Sequence record: NC_010821.1
Strand: one strand, 5' to 3'
Length of the DNA stretch: 64,000 nucleotides
Numbering within the stretch: the first letter of the stretch is position 1; each line of letters opens with the position of its first letter. The notes beneath the pieces were generated by a model. That model did not search any database. It had not been told where the DNA came from and worked only from the letters and a program-made list of their open reading frames with translations. This document shows positions 1 to 9,394 of the stretch, in pieces. The translations under genes were made by a program, and so were the position numbers.

Positions 1-1
1 C

Positions 2-1051
2 ATGGTATTTCAGGCATCTCAGTTTGATCTGAATGACTTCGTTGATAGTGTTAGCTTCGGTCATCTGACTTTGAACCTGAGTCCTAACGCTACTCGTGAC
101 ATGGCTCTGTATGATGAACACATCTACTTCAAGATCTGCAAGCACGGCATCCCACAAGAGATGATGATTCCATATACAGCCTTGATGATCATTCAAGATC
201 CAGATGATCCATCCGGTTCCATGCCATGGCCTTATTTCTTGGATCATGGTGAAGACTACACTCCAGACGAAGATGAAGAACTTGACCAGGGTACCGTAGT
301 TAAGAAATCCAATGTAATCGAACTACCTAACTCGGGAGTTAAATTGGAGTTGCGTATTCCTACGCTGGAGGACTATAACAACCTGAATTTCGACAACGTA
401 CTTCAGTTCCCTAAAAAGGATGCTGATGGAGAACTACCATCCGCCGAAGAAATTGCTGAACTCAATCAACTGATGTCGGACAATGGCATGGACATTAATC
501 TGGTGGAGTTCAAACGAAATGACAAGGGTGAGTTTGAAGTTTCGCTTAGCCTTAATGATAATCCGGTAGTTGAATGGGACGGTAAAGATAAGCATCTCAA
601 GCAACTGTCTGATAACCTACCTAAAGGACTGGTTTCCGATGACGGCATTATTGATGTAGTGAAGCTCGCTTCCAAGGCACAACGTCTGGCACTGGCTGCG
701 CCGCCTACGTTGCAACAACGTATGGCTGAACGCGGTATGAGTGTGATCATCGGTGGAGCTAAGCCTGCTGAAGCTAGCATGCCTTTCATTGATGAAGTCT
801 ATCGTGCTAAGCGTGAACGCCGTGAAGCTATCCAGAAAGCGGCAGACGAAGCGTTGTTCAAAGAGCGAGCACTTCCAGCAGGTACAACCCTAGGTGAAAT
901 GCTTCAATCGCCCGGCATGACCATTCGTTCGGATGGTTCTAAAGGTAACTCGGTGTTCTTCCCTGATCTGGATGTACGTAAGTGCTACTTCCATACTCGA
1001 CGTATTGTTCGTCCAGAATGGCTCCAAGTACATGAAGGGGGTCTGAAATGA
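2..1051 (+). CDS. sspB: SspB-like ClpXP adaptor with long acidic C-terminal extension (probably 5'-truncated by window edge)
   Basis: GHLTLNLSPNATRDMALYDEHIYFKICKHGIPQEMMIPYTALMII aligns with E. coli SspB GQIVLNIAPRAVGNLELANDEVRFNARFGGIPRQVSVPLAAVLAI. Confidence 0.7.
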   Translation: MVFQASQFDLNDFVDSVSFGHLTLNLSPNATRDMALYDEHIYFKICKHGIPQEMMIPYTALMIIQDPDDPSGSMPWPYFLDHGEDYTPDEDEELDQGTVVKKSNVIELPNSGVKLELRIPTLEDYNNLNFDNVLQFPKKDADGELPSAEEIAELNQLMSDNGMDINLVEFKRNDKGEFEVSLSLNDNPVVEWDGKDKHLKQLSDNLPKGLVSDDGIIDVVKLASKAQRLALAAPPTLQQRMAERGMSVIIGGAKPAEASMPFIDEVYRAKRERREAIQKAADEALFKERALPAGTTLGEMLQSPGMTIRSDGSKGNSVFFPDLDVRKCYFHTRRIVRPEWLQVHEGGLK

Positions 1052-1212
1052 TTGACGGTATTTTTGCAGCGGCGTACATCTTCACCATCTTAGGTTGGAT
1101 AGGTATCCCGATGGCGGTGCTAGGTAATAACGATAGGATGTTTAAATATCTATTACCCACTACCATTTGCTTTTCAATATTCACTGTAATATGGACTATT
1201 TTCTATGGATAA
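1048..1212 (+). CDS. small 2-TM membrane protein (54 aa, not in ORF track)
   Basis: MIDGIFAAAYIFTILGWIGIPMAVLG...TICFSIFTVIWTIFYG*; overlaps both neighbours (ATGA coupling to the upstream gene). Confidence 0.6.
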   Translation: MIDGIFAAAYIFTILGWIGIPMAVLGNNDRMFKYLLPTTICFSIFTVIWTIFYG

Positions 1213-1603
1213 TATCGGTCGTAACATCGAGGTTCGTGCAATTATCGAGAAAGCTTTTGAAGTATTACAGATGATAAAAGATCCATTGGAACTTTGGTGC
1301 ATCGTAGACCTTGCTCCTGAAGTACGCGGTGCCATTCCACCGACAACAGAGAAGCTGGTGTCTATTGAACTGGGTCCGTTAACCCGTAATACCCGGACGA
1401 CACTACATCCAGATCACTTGATGGTTTCACTTAGTGCAGACACACCTAAGGTTAAATTGCCCTACAGTGCTATCTACTGTATGGCAACCTCAAGTGATCT
1501 AGCCCAGGATCTCAACTGGATGCAGGGTACATCCGAAGGTCGCGACCTAGCCTATGTCGACTTGGTACAACCTTATCACGGGATTCCTAAGTACCAGCAA
1601 TAA
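1205..1603 (+). CDS. second, divergent SspB-like protein
   Basis: LVSIELGP...HLMVSLSADTPKVKLPYSAIYCM resembles the SspB core strand order and the 'vPxxAi' motif. Confidence 0.45.
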   Translation: MDNIGRNIEVRAIIEKAFEVLQMIKDPLELWCIVDLAPEVRGAIPPTTEKLVSIELGPLTRNTRTTLHPDHLMVSLSADTPKVKLPYSAIYCMATSSDLAQDLNWMQGTSEGRDLAYVDLVQPYHGIPKYQQ

Positions 1604-1612
1604 AACACTCTC

Positions 1613-1645
1613 GGGGATTACATATGTAATCCCCTTCCTATTTCG
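1613..1645 (+). terminator. hairpin terminator
   Basis: GGGGATTAC-ATAT-GTAATCCCC followed by TTCCTATTTCG. Confidence 0.6.
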
Positions 1646-1659
1646 CCTAGAGGTATAAA

Positions 1660-3033
1660 ATGCAACAGTATCTAGATTCCATCATTGACATTAAAGAGAA
1701 CGGCGTTTTTAAAGGTGACCGCACTGGCACTGGTACTCAGAGCAAGCTGGGTCAACAAGAACGTTATTCGCTGCGTGACAACACCCTCCCAGTAATTACC
1801 ACCAAGAAGATCCATCTACCGTCTATCATCCATGAACTGATCTGGATGCTATCGGGTGATACACGTGTAGACTACCTGATCGAAAACGGGGTTCGAATCT
1901 GGAACGAGTGGGTAAAACCGCACACCGCTGAATACCGTGCTTTGATGCCAGGTGAATTGCGTAAAGCACTTCAACCAAAAATCGGTGATCGTCATCTATT
2001 GGTCTTTGTATATGGTGAACAGCGTCCAATCAAAGTGATCGATTACAACTCTTATCTGGATTCTCTGAAAGACGAAGCCGCGCGCGATTTCAAACAACAG
2101 TTCAATGAAGAGCAACTAACCACAGCTGAATACGTGATCGAAGTGACACCAGAAGACTGGCGTCGTGTTAGTACACCAGACTTCAAAGAGCACCTTACTC
2201 CAAACCTTATTCCGTACGAATACGACCAGCGTATTTATCGACTACTGTTTGATAAAGAGCCGATGAAGTTGATCGGCGGTGATCTCGGTGCAGTGTATGG
2301 TAAGACTTGGCGTGATATCGAAGACACCCGTGTGATTCCAAAGTATGACTGGGTTGATTATGAAGCTCGTGGTTTTGACTTCGTAGTGGATGTTCCCGGT
2401 ACCAGCATTGAGAATGATCGTTGTGTTGTAACCCGTCGTATCGATCAGATCCAAGACATCATCGATCAACTCCGTACCAACCCTGATTCTCGTCGGATCA
2501 TCGTTTGTGCATGGGCACCTCAACTGGTAGATGAGCAAGCACTTCCACCATGCCATAGCTTCTTCCAGTTCTGGACTCGTGAATTGACAGTGGAAGAAAG
2601 GATCAAGTTACTCCGTACGACTAAACCTGAGATCTATAACGTGATTGATGGGACCACAGGGTATTTCGAACATATCGCTGATATCAATGATATCCCTAAG
2701 CGTGCAATTAGCTGTCACCTCTATCAGCGTTCGGTTGACGCCTTCCTTGGAAAGCCGTTTAACATCACGTTCTATAGTCTGCTGACTCACTGGCTGGCTA
2801 ACCAACTGAACATGGTTGCGGATGAGTTCGTTTGGACTGGTGGGGATTGTCACATCTATTCCAACCACCAAGAACAAACTGATCTTCAGTTGACTCGTGA
2901 ACCGAAAGCTCTGCCAACTATTCGCTTTACTCCTGAAGCTAAGGGTAAAGACATTCGGGAGATCCGTCCAGAAGACTTCGAGATCCTGAACTACGAGTTC
3001 CATCCACACATTGCAGGTAAGGTAGCTGTCTAA
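1660..3033 (+). CDS. thyA: thymidylate synthase with three large in-frame insertions
   Basis: DRTGTGT, TTKK, IIHELIW, PPCH (catalytic Cys), YQRSVD, PFN, GDCHIY motifs. Confidence 0.97.
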   Translation: MQQYLDSIIDIKENGVFKGDRTGTGTQSKLGQQERYSLRDNTLPVITTKKIHLPSIIHELIWMLSGDTRVDYLIENGVRIWNEWVKPHTAEYRALMPGELRKALQPKIGDRHLLVFVYGEQRPIKVIDYNSYLDSLKDEAARDFKQQFNEEQLTTAEYVIEVTPEDWRRVSTPDFKEHLTPNLIPYEYDQRIYRLLFDKEPMKLIGGDLGAVYGKTWRDIEDTRVIPKYDWVDYEARGFDFVVDVPGTSIENDRCVVTRRIDQIQDIIDQLRTNPDSRRIIVCAWAPQLVDEQALPPCHSFFQFWTRELTVEERIKLLRTTKPEIYNVIDGTTGYFEHIADINDIPKRAISCHLYQRSVDAFLGKPFNITFYSLLTHWLANQLNMVADEFVWTGGDCHIYSNHQEQTDLQLTREPKALPTIRFTPEAKGKDIREIRPEDFEILNYEFHPHIAGKVAV

Positions 3034-3266
3034 TGGGTCCTACAGCACTTGAGCTGATTGAAACGAATATCGGTAAAGGTATTCCACTCACGCTTGATGA
3101 TCGCGTGTATTACCATGAAGCTAAGCAGATGGGCGCTGACTACCATAAGGTGGAACCAGCGATTACGAATGCTAAAGACATTCTGTCTTTACTGAGTCGA
3201 CATGGCCTGAATCGCACTGAAGCTGAACTATCCGAGTGGCTGGATAAACAAGGCGTACCTAAGTAA
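3033..3266 (+). CDS. hypothetical protein
   Basis: 77-aa ORF coupled to the thyA stop (TAATG). Confidence 0.7.
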   Translation: MGPTALELIETNIGKGIPLTLDDRVYYHEAKQMGADYHKVEPAITNAKDILSLLSRHGLNRTEAELSEWLDKQGVPK

Positions 3267-3276
3267 CTGACATAAT

Positions 3277-3300
3277 GGGTCCCTCCGGGGACCCTTTTAT
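3277..3300 (+). terminator. hairpin terminator
   Basis: GGGTCCC-TCCG-GGGACCC-TTTTAT. Confidence 0.65.
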
Positions 3301-3313
3301 AATGTGGACTACC

Positions 3314-3868
3314 ATGAACCCTAAATCTGGATTAAGGCCGTATCTGGAAAGAGATGTAGAAGATATCGTTGAGGCTATTATTGACGATGAAGGCAATGTG
3401 GCTTCTCAGATTAAGATCGTGGTCAATGGTCAAACGAGGTTGGTTAACTTAGGTTTGATTAAGAACACGATGAAGTTCATCTGGGAACGACCTGAACCAT
3501 TACCATGGGAGGATACGCTAAAAGAGATACTACTTACAGCATTCCCTGATTACCTTTGGCCGGCAGATACCATAAGCGGTATTAAACTCGAAACCCCACG
3601 TAAGTTGATTCGAACTGCAATAACCAAACGAGACGGCATACTGGTTGCATCTAATGTATTCAGATGTCAATTTGGTGGAAAGGTATTTGGTCCAGAGATA
3701 TCCGCACACTGGATATCAGAACCACTTACTAAATTCCAGCAGATTTACATCATGCATTTACTACTGGCACACGGTGAAGATGGACATGTAGGACATGGGA
3801 TGGTTGACTGGGAACTATTCGTAGATCTAACCACTAATGAAGCTCGATTCGACTTGAGGAATCAATGA
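3314..3868 (+). CDS. hypothetical protein (start uncertain)
   Basis: ORF track 3275..3868; its first ATG sits at the terminator hairpin, so a later ATG was chosen. Confidence 0.65.
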   Translation: MNPKSGLRPYLERDVEDIVEAIIDDEGNVASQIKIVVNGQTRLVNLGLIKNTMKFIWERPEPLPWEDTLKEILLTAFPDYLWPADTISGIKLETPRKLIRTAITKRDGILVASNVFRCQFGGKVFGPEISAHWISEPLTKFQQIYIMHLLLAHGEDGHVGHGMVDWELFVDLTTNEARFDLRNQ

Positions 3869-4188
3869 TGGAACAAGGTATCATAAACCGCATTCGCCAA
3901 TTGGCAGAAGATCTGGATATCGCTGAAACGTATCCAAAGCACATCAACATCACCTTTGATGAAGCTAACGATTACGCAGTCAAGGTACTCAATGCTAAAT
4001 TGAATGGGGTCCCAATGGCAGTGGTCTTGGTCAGTGTTGAATACGACCAAGGGTTGTTGAATTGCCTACGTGGGATTATGGAACAGCGCTTTGGGATGGG
4101 TGAACACATCCTCGACATCAAGGTTCCTAAAACACTCGATCGGATTATCATCAAGTTCGATCAACCTTATTCGTTACTGGAGGCTTAA
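3865..4188 (+). CDS. hypothetical protein
   Basis: 107-aa ORF, ATGA overlap with the upstream gene. Confidence 0.7.
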   Translation: MMEQGIINRIRQLAEDLDIAETYPKHINITFDEANDYAVKVLNAKLNGVPMAVVLVSVEYDQGLLNCLRGIMEQRFGMGEHILDIKVPKTLDRIIIKFDQPYSLLEA

Positions 4189-4407
4189 ATGGATAGTCGT
4201 GCACAGATCATCGGCGCTCGGTATTCGCCATCAGTGAGAGGTTACATACTGGAAGCTATGGAATTAGAAAGGATCGTCAGTGACTTACATTGGTCGCAGA
4301 TGGGCGCTAATGATTGTAAGAATGATCATGGTGAACGAACCAACCATAAACTGAAAGATCAACCGTTCTATGCACGGGGTCGTAACGGTAAAATGCGCAA
4401 TTGGTAA
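4189..4407 (+). CDS. hypothetical protein
   Basis: 72-aa ORF, GGAGG SD upstream. Confidence 0.6.
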   Translation: MDSRAQIIGARYSPSVRGYILEAMELERIVSDLHWSQMGANDCKNDHGERTNHKLKDQPFYARGRNGKMRNW

Positions 4408-4435
4408 CACTTTAATCTATTAAGAGGAAACAAAG

Positions 4436-5842
4436 ATGTCGGCAGTTAAATATAGTGCAGTAGTTGAAAACACCCGTAAACTGGTGCGTGTAGTAAAGGT
4501 AGATGCAATTACCCCAATCAAGAAAGCTGACTTTATCGAGCTGGCCAAAATCGATGGTTGGCAATGTGTAGTAAAGAAAGACGAGTTCAAAGCAGGTGAT
4601 CTGGCAGTGTATGCTGAGATCGATTCCCTGTTACCACTCGACAATCCACTGTTCGCCTTCCTTGGTGAGCGTTCGGATGGTAAGCGGACATTTGATGGCG
4701 TAGCGTACTCTCGTATCCGCACCGCTAAGATGCGTGGTGAAGTATCACAAGGTTTGTTGCTACCACTACCAGAACAATTCAAGGGTAAGAAGGTCGGTAC
4801 TAACCTGACCAACGAACTCGGTGTTCGTAAACTGGAAGCTGAGATCGCTAACGTTGATGGCTTTGATGGTCGTCTTAACAAGGATGGTCCGATTAGTCTG
4901 TGGGAACGTCTGGCGCGTTTTGTAGCAGGTCCACCTGCCGAAGCAATGCATCTTCCTTTCCCTGCTCAGATCTCTAAATCAGATCAAGAGCGTGTTCAGA
5001 ATATCGGTAACCAATATGCCGAAGCAGCGGCGTCCGGCGAGACGTTCGAGGAAACGGTTAAGGTCGATGGTCAATCCATGACAGTTTATAGCTTCCGCGA
5101 TATGGATGAGGCTGGTCCTATTCGCCGCTACGGCGTTTGTTCGCGTAACTTCGACATGCGTATGACTGATGTTGTATTCACCCCTGTACAGGCTTTCCGT
5201 CGCTTTGTAGCACAGAACATGCTTGCCTTAAGTGGTGGGTTCAGTGGTTTGTTCCGTACGGCTCAATTCCTGACTAAACAGGTTATGGATAAAAAGCTGG
5301 ATGCCGACTACGCCATTAAAGAGTACTTCACTAAGCGGTACTTCTGGTTCTCTCCATTTAAAATGTGCATCGCCGCAATGGATGATAACTGCGTCAATTA
5401 TGTTATCACCAACAAAGTACTGGATAAACTGGCAGCTTACAACGTACTGCACGATGACTGCATTACTGTACAGGGTGAGTTGTTCGGTCCAGGTATCCAG
5501 AAGAACTATGAACGTCCTGCTGAGAAACGTTTCGCAGTGTATCAGGTGTATCGTAATGGTAGCGAATGGGTTAAACCGATCGAAGCTCGCGCTATTACCG
5601 AAAGCATCGGCTTGGAATACGTTAAAGTACTGAATGGTTCCACTACGCTACCTAAGTCGGTTAAGGAAGTTCTGACCCGTGCTAAAGGTAAGGGTGCCTA
5701 TGCAGCTTTTGACCCATCGATCAATGCCGTACCTGACATCAACCGTGAAGGTATTGTATTTAAATCAAACACTCGTGATTTCAGCTTTAAGGTAATCTCG
5801 ACTGAATATCTTCTTGAAGCCGAAGCAGCTATGGAAGAATAA
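4436..5842 (+). CDS. RNA ligase, Rnl2/DRB0094 family, with N-terminal OB-fold (tRNA-binding-like) domain
   Basis: N-terminal AD.IELA.IDGWQCVVKK...EIDS; ligase motifs KVDG (I, Lys209), QGELFGPGIQKN (III), FAVYQV (IIIa), REGIVFK (IV), SFKVIS (V). Confidence 0.9.
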   Translation: MSAVKYSAVVENTRKLVRVVKVDAITPIKKADFIELAKIDGWQCVVKKDEFKAGDLAVYAEIDSLLPLDNPLFAFLGERSDGKRTFDGVAYSRIRTAKMRGEVSQGLLLPLPEQFKGKKVGTNLTNELGVRKLEAEIANVDGFDGRLNKDGPISLWERLARFVAGPPAEAMHLPFPAQISKSDQERVQNIGNQYAEAAASGETFEETVKVDGQSMTVYSFRDMDEAGPIRRYGVCSRNFDMRMTDVVFTPVQAFRRFVAQNMLALSGGFSGLFRTAQFLTKQVMDKKLDADYAIKEYFTKRYFWFSPFKMCIAAMDDNCVNYVITNKVLDKLAAYNVLHDDCITVQGELFGPGIQKNYERPAEKRFAVYQVYRNGSEWVKPIEARAITESIGLEYVKVLNGSTTLPKSVKEVLTRAKGKGAYAAFDPSINAVPDINREGIVFKSNTRDFSFKVISTEYLLEAEAAMEE

Positions 5843-5878
5843 GTAGTACTTACAAATTAATCTTAAAGTGAGGATACA

Positions 5879-6610
5879 ATGACACTGCGTATGGAATGGC
5901 GAGAAACCGTTGAATGGCTCCACATGGAAGCACGTATGTTCTATTTCCATGAACCACTCAAGTTCCCTGAAGGCGAGTTTGAGGTATTCGTACCAGCATG
6001 GTTGTTACGAATGGGTAGTTTGGTCCGCACTACCACGCATACGCCCATTGCGAACAATCCAAATGCAAAGTTTCTTTGGTGGTGTTGGCTGCGACTTGAT
6101 CCCGAACAAAAGGAAATTCTTCAAGCGTCTGATACGATGGGTGTCATCGAACATATGGCTAGAGAGTTCGAGTGTTTCCCGACGCTCTTGGCTGACATGC
6201 AGGATCAGCGCAAGATTTATGACTATTGGAACTCTAACCAATACGTCACCACTATCTACAAACTTACACCTAAGTGCATTACCCGTCTAGACAAAGAAAC
6301 ATACTTGGAAGTTTTCTTCCAGTATCAAAGTGATCTAAGGTATCCACGTATCAAGAACTTGGCTATCCAGTATCACGAGAACCTTGAAGACGTACTGGCC
6401 TATGTTGGCCCGACTTACACAGTGATCTCACATACCGATGCACGACTGGTCCTCAAGACCCCTAATGGTAACGCACAGATCCTCAAAGACCAGTGGCTTT
6501 GGTTTAATGGTTTGGAATTCTGTCACGGTGACCTCAAACGGTTGAAACAGGTTCAACTGGGATATCTTGATCCACGTGATGCCCCTGGTATCTGGATTAA
6601 GCCCACTTGA
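5879..6610 (+). CDS. hypothetical protein
   Basis: 243-aa ORF, GAGG SD. Confidence 0.75.
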   Translation: MTLRMEWRETVEWLHMEARMFYFHEPLKFPEGEFEVFVPAWLLRMGSLVRTTTHTPIANNPNAKFLWWCWLRLDPEQKEILQASDTMGVIEHMAREFECFPTLLADMQDQRKIYDYWNSNQYVTTIYKLTPKCITRLDKETYLEVFFQYQSDLRYPRIKNLAIQYHENLEDVLAYVGPTYTVISHTDARLVLKTPNGNAQILKDQWLWFNGLEFCHGDLKRLKQVQLGYLDPRDAPGIWIKPT

Positions 6611-6639
6611 CCTAAACGAGCTATTCCGCAGAATAATCT

Positions 6640-6939
6640 ATGTCAAGAGGTAGTGTAATGATTAAGGGTCGACACATTTACAGCATCTACGAAAATACGA
6701 TTGGTATTGTTCCAGGCAATAAGGTTCAATACCGTATCTACAAAGGTAGTGAGCTTCTGAGTTCAGTTAACCTGATTGCAACCAAGGTTGATATGGTTAA
6801 TCGGAAACCCGTGGATGATTATCGTCTGTGGATGACTGGCGACGAACGCCAAGTTACAGTTGATGCAAGGGCAGTGGTGTTAGCTTACCAGAATGCCCCA
6901 TTATCTGAAGGACTCCATTTTGAACTAGAGGTAATTTGA
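6640..6939 (+). CDS. hypothetical protein
   Basis: 99-aa ORF in operon tiling. Confidence 0.65.
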   Translation: MSRGSVMIKGRHIYSIYENTIGIVPGNKVQYRIYKGSELLSSVNLIATKVDMVNRKPVDDYRLWMTGDERQVTVDARAVVLAYQNAPLSEGLHFELEVI

Positions 6940-6940
6940 T

Positions 6941-7030
6941 ATGAATGCAATCGGTTGTGAAGAAATTGGTGTAGGTGAAGGTCTCTTTAAAGAAGAATAC
7001 GAGGGTCTTGATGAATATGAAGGGTATTGA
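6941..7030 (+). CDS. acidic micro-ORF (29 aa)
   Basis: MNAIGCEEIGVGEGLFKEEYEGLDEYEGY*; GAGG SD. Confidence 0.4.
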   Translation: MNAIGCEEIGVGEGLFKEEYEGLDEYEGY

Positions 7031-7094
7031 CCAGAGTTATTTAATCATACGCTAGCCCCTCATTCCGAGGGGCGCGTCATGATAGGTAACTGTA

Positions 7095-7355
7095 ATGTCA
7101 TACGACAAAGTGTCTCGCCGTGTTAACCGTGTAGAATCCGCCCGAGTGATCCGTAACCAAACTACGGTCTATCTGCTTTACAACGAGTCGAAGTGGCTCA
7201 AGACGCAGAAACCTCATAGCTTCGCCAAAGGTAAGGCTATGAACTGTAGTTGCGGTACGTGCCGTGGTTGGGGACGAGTAGCACGTCAAGATCGTTTTAA
7301 CCTCCAGTTGGAGAAATCAGGAATGACTAAATATGACGTACGTCCAGACATCTGA
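7095..7355 (+). CDS. small basic Cys-containing phage protein
   Basis: PHSFAKGKAMNCSCGTCRG motif, possibly Zn-binding. Confidence 0.65.
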   Translation: MSYDKVSRRVNRVESARVIRNQTTVYLLYNESKWLKTQKPHSFAKGKAMNCSCGTCRGWGRVARQDRFNLQLEKSGMTKYDVRPDI

Positions 7356-7367
7356 AGAGGAATGGGT

Positions 7368-7433
7368 ATGAACAAAGAAACGATTATCGATGAGCGTCCA
7401 GATATCATCACTCGTGAAGAAGACTGGATCTAA
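7368..7433 (+). CDS. micro-ORF (21 aa)
   Basis: MNKETIIDERPDIITREEDWI*; GAGG SD; followed by terminator. Confidence 0.35.
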   Translation: MNKETIIDERPDIITREEDWI

Positions 7434-7438
7434 CTAAA

Positions 7439-7466
7439 AGAGTCCCTTCGGGGACTCTTTTATTCC
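7439..7466 (+). terminator. hairpin terminator
   Basis: AGAGTCCC-TTCG-GGGACTCT then TTTATTCC. Confidence 0.75.
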
Positions 7467-7486
7467 CTGTTATCAAGAGGTGCGGT

Positions 7487-7804
7487 ATGAGTACACTAAG
7501 TGTTTACCGAGTGGGGCTTGAAGGCAAGCCTGAGTTTAAAGTCGTCGTATCGGGTGGTGGCATTACCCGTGTACGCAATAGCTTCCTAGCGCGGTCTAAG
7601 GACCTTGTAAAGGCAAAGTTTAAAGTAATGGCTGTAAAGCATCGAGACTGGGCTATTGTTAATCGGCATCGCCTAGAAATTAATAATATCACCATCGAGA
7701 CATTAGCGGAAAACCTACTCCCTGGAGCAGCTCAACTCTACGCTAATCTTTACATTAATGATTACCCTCAACCTGAACATATCCTCAATCACAAAGGAGC
7801 TTGA
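7487..7804 (+). CDS. hypothetical protein
   Basis: 105-aa ORF, GAGG SD. Confidence 0.7.
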   Translation: MSTLSVYRVGLEGKPEFKVVVSGGGITRVRNSFLARSKDLVKAKFKVMAVKHRDWAIVNRHRLEINNITIETLAENLLPGAAQLYANLYINDYPQPEHILNHKGA

Positions 7805-7805
7805 T

Positions 7806-8201
7806 ATGGACCCGTATCCACATGGCACTGCACACCTCAAAGGTAAAGATCGCTGGATCGCCTACTGGCACATCACTACGTTCCTGGCAATCCTTATGGG
7901 TGCATGGTTACTACACGTGTTGTTCTTTGGTTGGTACTATTGGTTGTTTAAGGGCAAAGGTTATCTCATCCGTGCAAGTGATATCGAGGAAGATTTGGAA
8001 GTTAACAATTCCAAATGGTGGAACAAATATGATGTTGCAGCGGCTAAGAAAGCGGCGGCCTTAAATGATCCAGATAGTCTAGTGCTCTTTACATGGCGTG
8101 TACATCCCCTGTTTATGGCGACTGATATGCTTTATATCCAATCCAAAGGTTATGCTGCGCGGATCTGGGATGAACGCGAAAAGATTTACCACTTTCGCTA
8201 A
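7806..8201 (+). CDS. hypothetical membrane protein
   Basis: AAGGAG SD before ATG 7806; hydrophobic segment HITTFLAILMGAWLLHVLFFGWYYWLF. Confidence 0.7.
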   Translation: MDPYPHGTAHLKGKDRWIAYWHITTFLAILMGAWLLHVLFFGWYYWLFKGKGYLIRASDIEEDLEVNNSKWWNKYDVAAAKKAAALNDPDSLVLFTWRVHPLFMATDMLYIQSKGYAARIWDEREKIYHFR

Positions 8202-8236
8202 TAGTCTGTAATACGTTCAATTTCTAAGAGGTGTAT

Positions 8237-8857
8237 ATGGAAGCTAAAGTCGGTACTAAACTGCAACCCCAAGGTGTATTTAGCATTGTGGGTTTGCTAC
8301 CAAAAGAGCTACAGGAACGGTTCCGCAAAGAATGCTGGACCGAAGAGAAACAAGAAGAGACCGATTTCGTTCCAGATCCGGTACTCAAGTATGACCATGT
8401 ATTGGGTCTGAGCTGGCTGACCGCTGAGGGTATCCCGAATACCCAAGAGGAACTCGATGCACAACGTGAGATGATCTTTAAGACGATGATCTCTGGTCCG
8501 ACCACTTACAACGTGGGTCAGTTCTTTGTATTGTTCCCTAACGTGGTTTACACCACTCGGGACATTGAAGACTCTCTGATGATCGTTGAAGTGCTGGATG
8601 AACTCGAGTTTCCAGCTACTGACAATCTGGTAACCCCTGCACTCCCTGAGTACAACCAATATGGTTACATGAGTCGTGAGGCTCTGGCCATACGTGCGGC
8701 ACTGCATTCGTACGTTGCATCAGGCCGTATTAAGATTCACGAAGGTGCGATGCGCATGTACGCCTGTGAAGAACAATACAAATTTGAAGAAAGGTATAAG
8801 AAGCCTGACGAGAAGCCTTTGACTTTCGTCGAAATGGCTCGCCGCCGCCGAGGTTAA
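8237..8857 (+). CDS. hypothetical protein
   Basis: ~206-aa ORF, GAGG SD. Confidence 0.75.
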   Translation: MEAKVGTKLQPQGVFSIVGLLPKELQERFRKECWTEEKQEETDFVPDPVLKYDHVLGLSWLTAEGIPNTQEELDAQREMIFKTMISGPTTYNVGQFFVLFPNVVYTTRDIEDSLMIVEVLDELEFPATDNLVTPALPEYNQYGYMSREALAIRAALHSYVASGRIKIHEGAMRMYACEEQYKFEERYKKPDEKPLTFVEMARRRRG

Positions 8858-8859
8858 TT

Positions 8860-8970
8860 ATGCGTTACGTGATTGGCGCACTGATTTCAATCGTAATCGT
8901 TTTTGGTTTGGGCTACGGCCTGAACCAAACGGTTATTAAAACTCATCAACTGGAGCAGCAGAATGAGTAA
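8860..8970 (+). CDS. small single-TM protein (36 aa)
   Basis: MRYVIGALISIVIVFGLGYGLNQ...; GAGG SD; fills the gap between genes. Confidence 0.5.
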   Translation: MRYVIGALISIVIVFGLGYGLNQTVIKTHQLEQQNE

Positions 8971-9385
8971 ACAGCAGTATACTCACGCCATGCTGTTGGC
9001 AATGCAGCTGGCCAGCGTGTTTAAACACGTTGACGATTTAGGGATACGTCGAGAAACGTACCAGAACTTCACCCAACTCGAAGGCGAACACGATGACATC
9101 ATTCGTATTAGCTATGATGAGGGTACCCGTAAAGGCCGTAGTTATGTAGAGGCTATTGTTAATAGCGATCGAAATAGCTTTAGGTTCAGACAACGTTTTA
9201 ATTTCGGTATTCTACTGGAACTTGAAATTGATTACTTACACAGTGAAGGTGGTTATCGATCCCTACTCGAAACCATTAAAGACGATACAATCGATGCGGG
9301 TTATCGGACCGAACTAATCTTCGACTTCGAATACTGTATCTCGCTCTTTACTGAGCATGTAGCTTCCAACTTAAATAAAGATTAG
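8963..9385 (+). CDS. hypothetical protein
   Basis: 140-aa ORF, GGAG SD. Confidence 0.7.
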   Translation: MSKQQYTHAMLLAMQLASVFKHVDDLGIRRETYQNFTQLEGEHDDIIRISYDEGTRKGRSYVEAIVNSDRNSFRFRQRFNFGILLELEIDYLHSEGGYRSLLETIKDDTIDAGYRTELIFDFEYCISLFTEHVASNLNKD

Positions 9386-9394
9386 GGTACCTGC

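Noticed and set aside
1048-1212. Holin or lysis cassette call for the small TM proteins
   Set aside because: No endolysin or spanin nearby; hydrophobicity alone is insufficient.
1912-2277. Intein, intron or dCMP hydroxymethylase in thyA
   Set aside because: The insert lacks C/S-start and HN-end intein motifs, the frame is continuous, and the dUMP-specific Asn (PFN) is retained.
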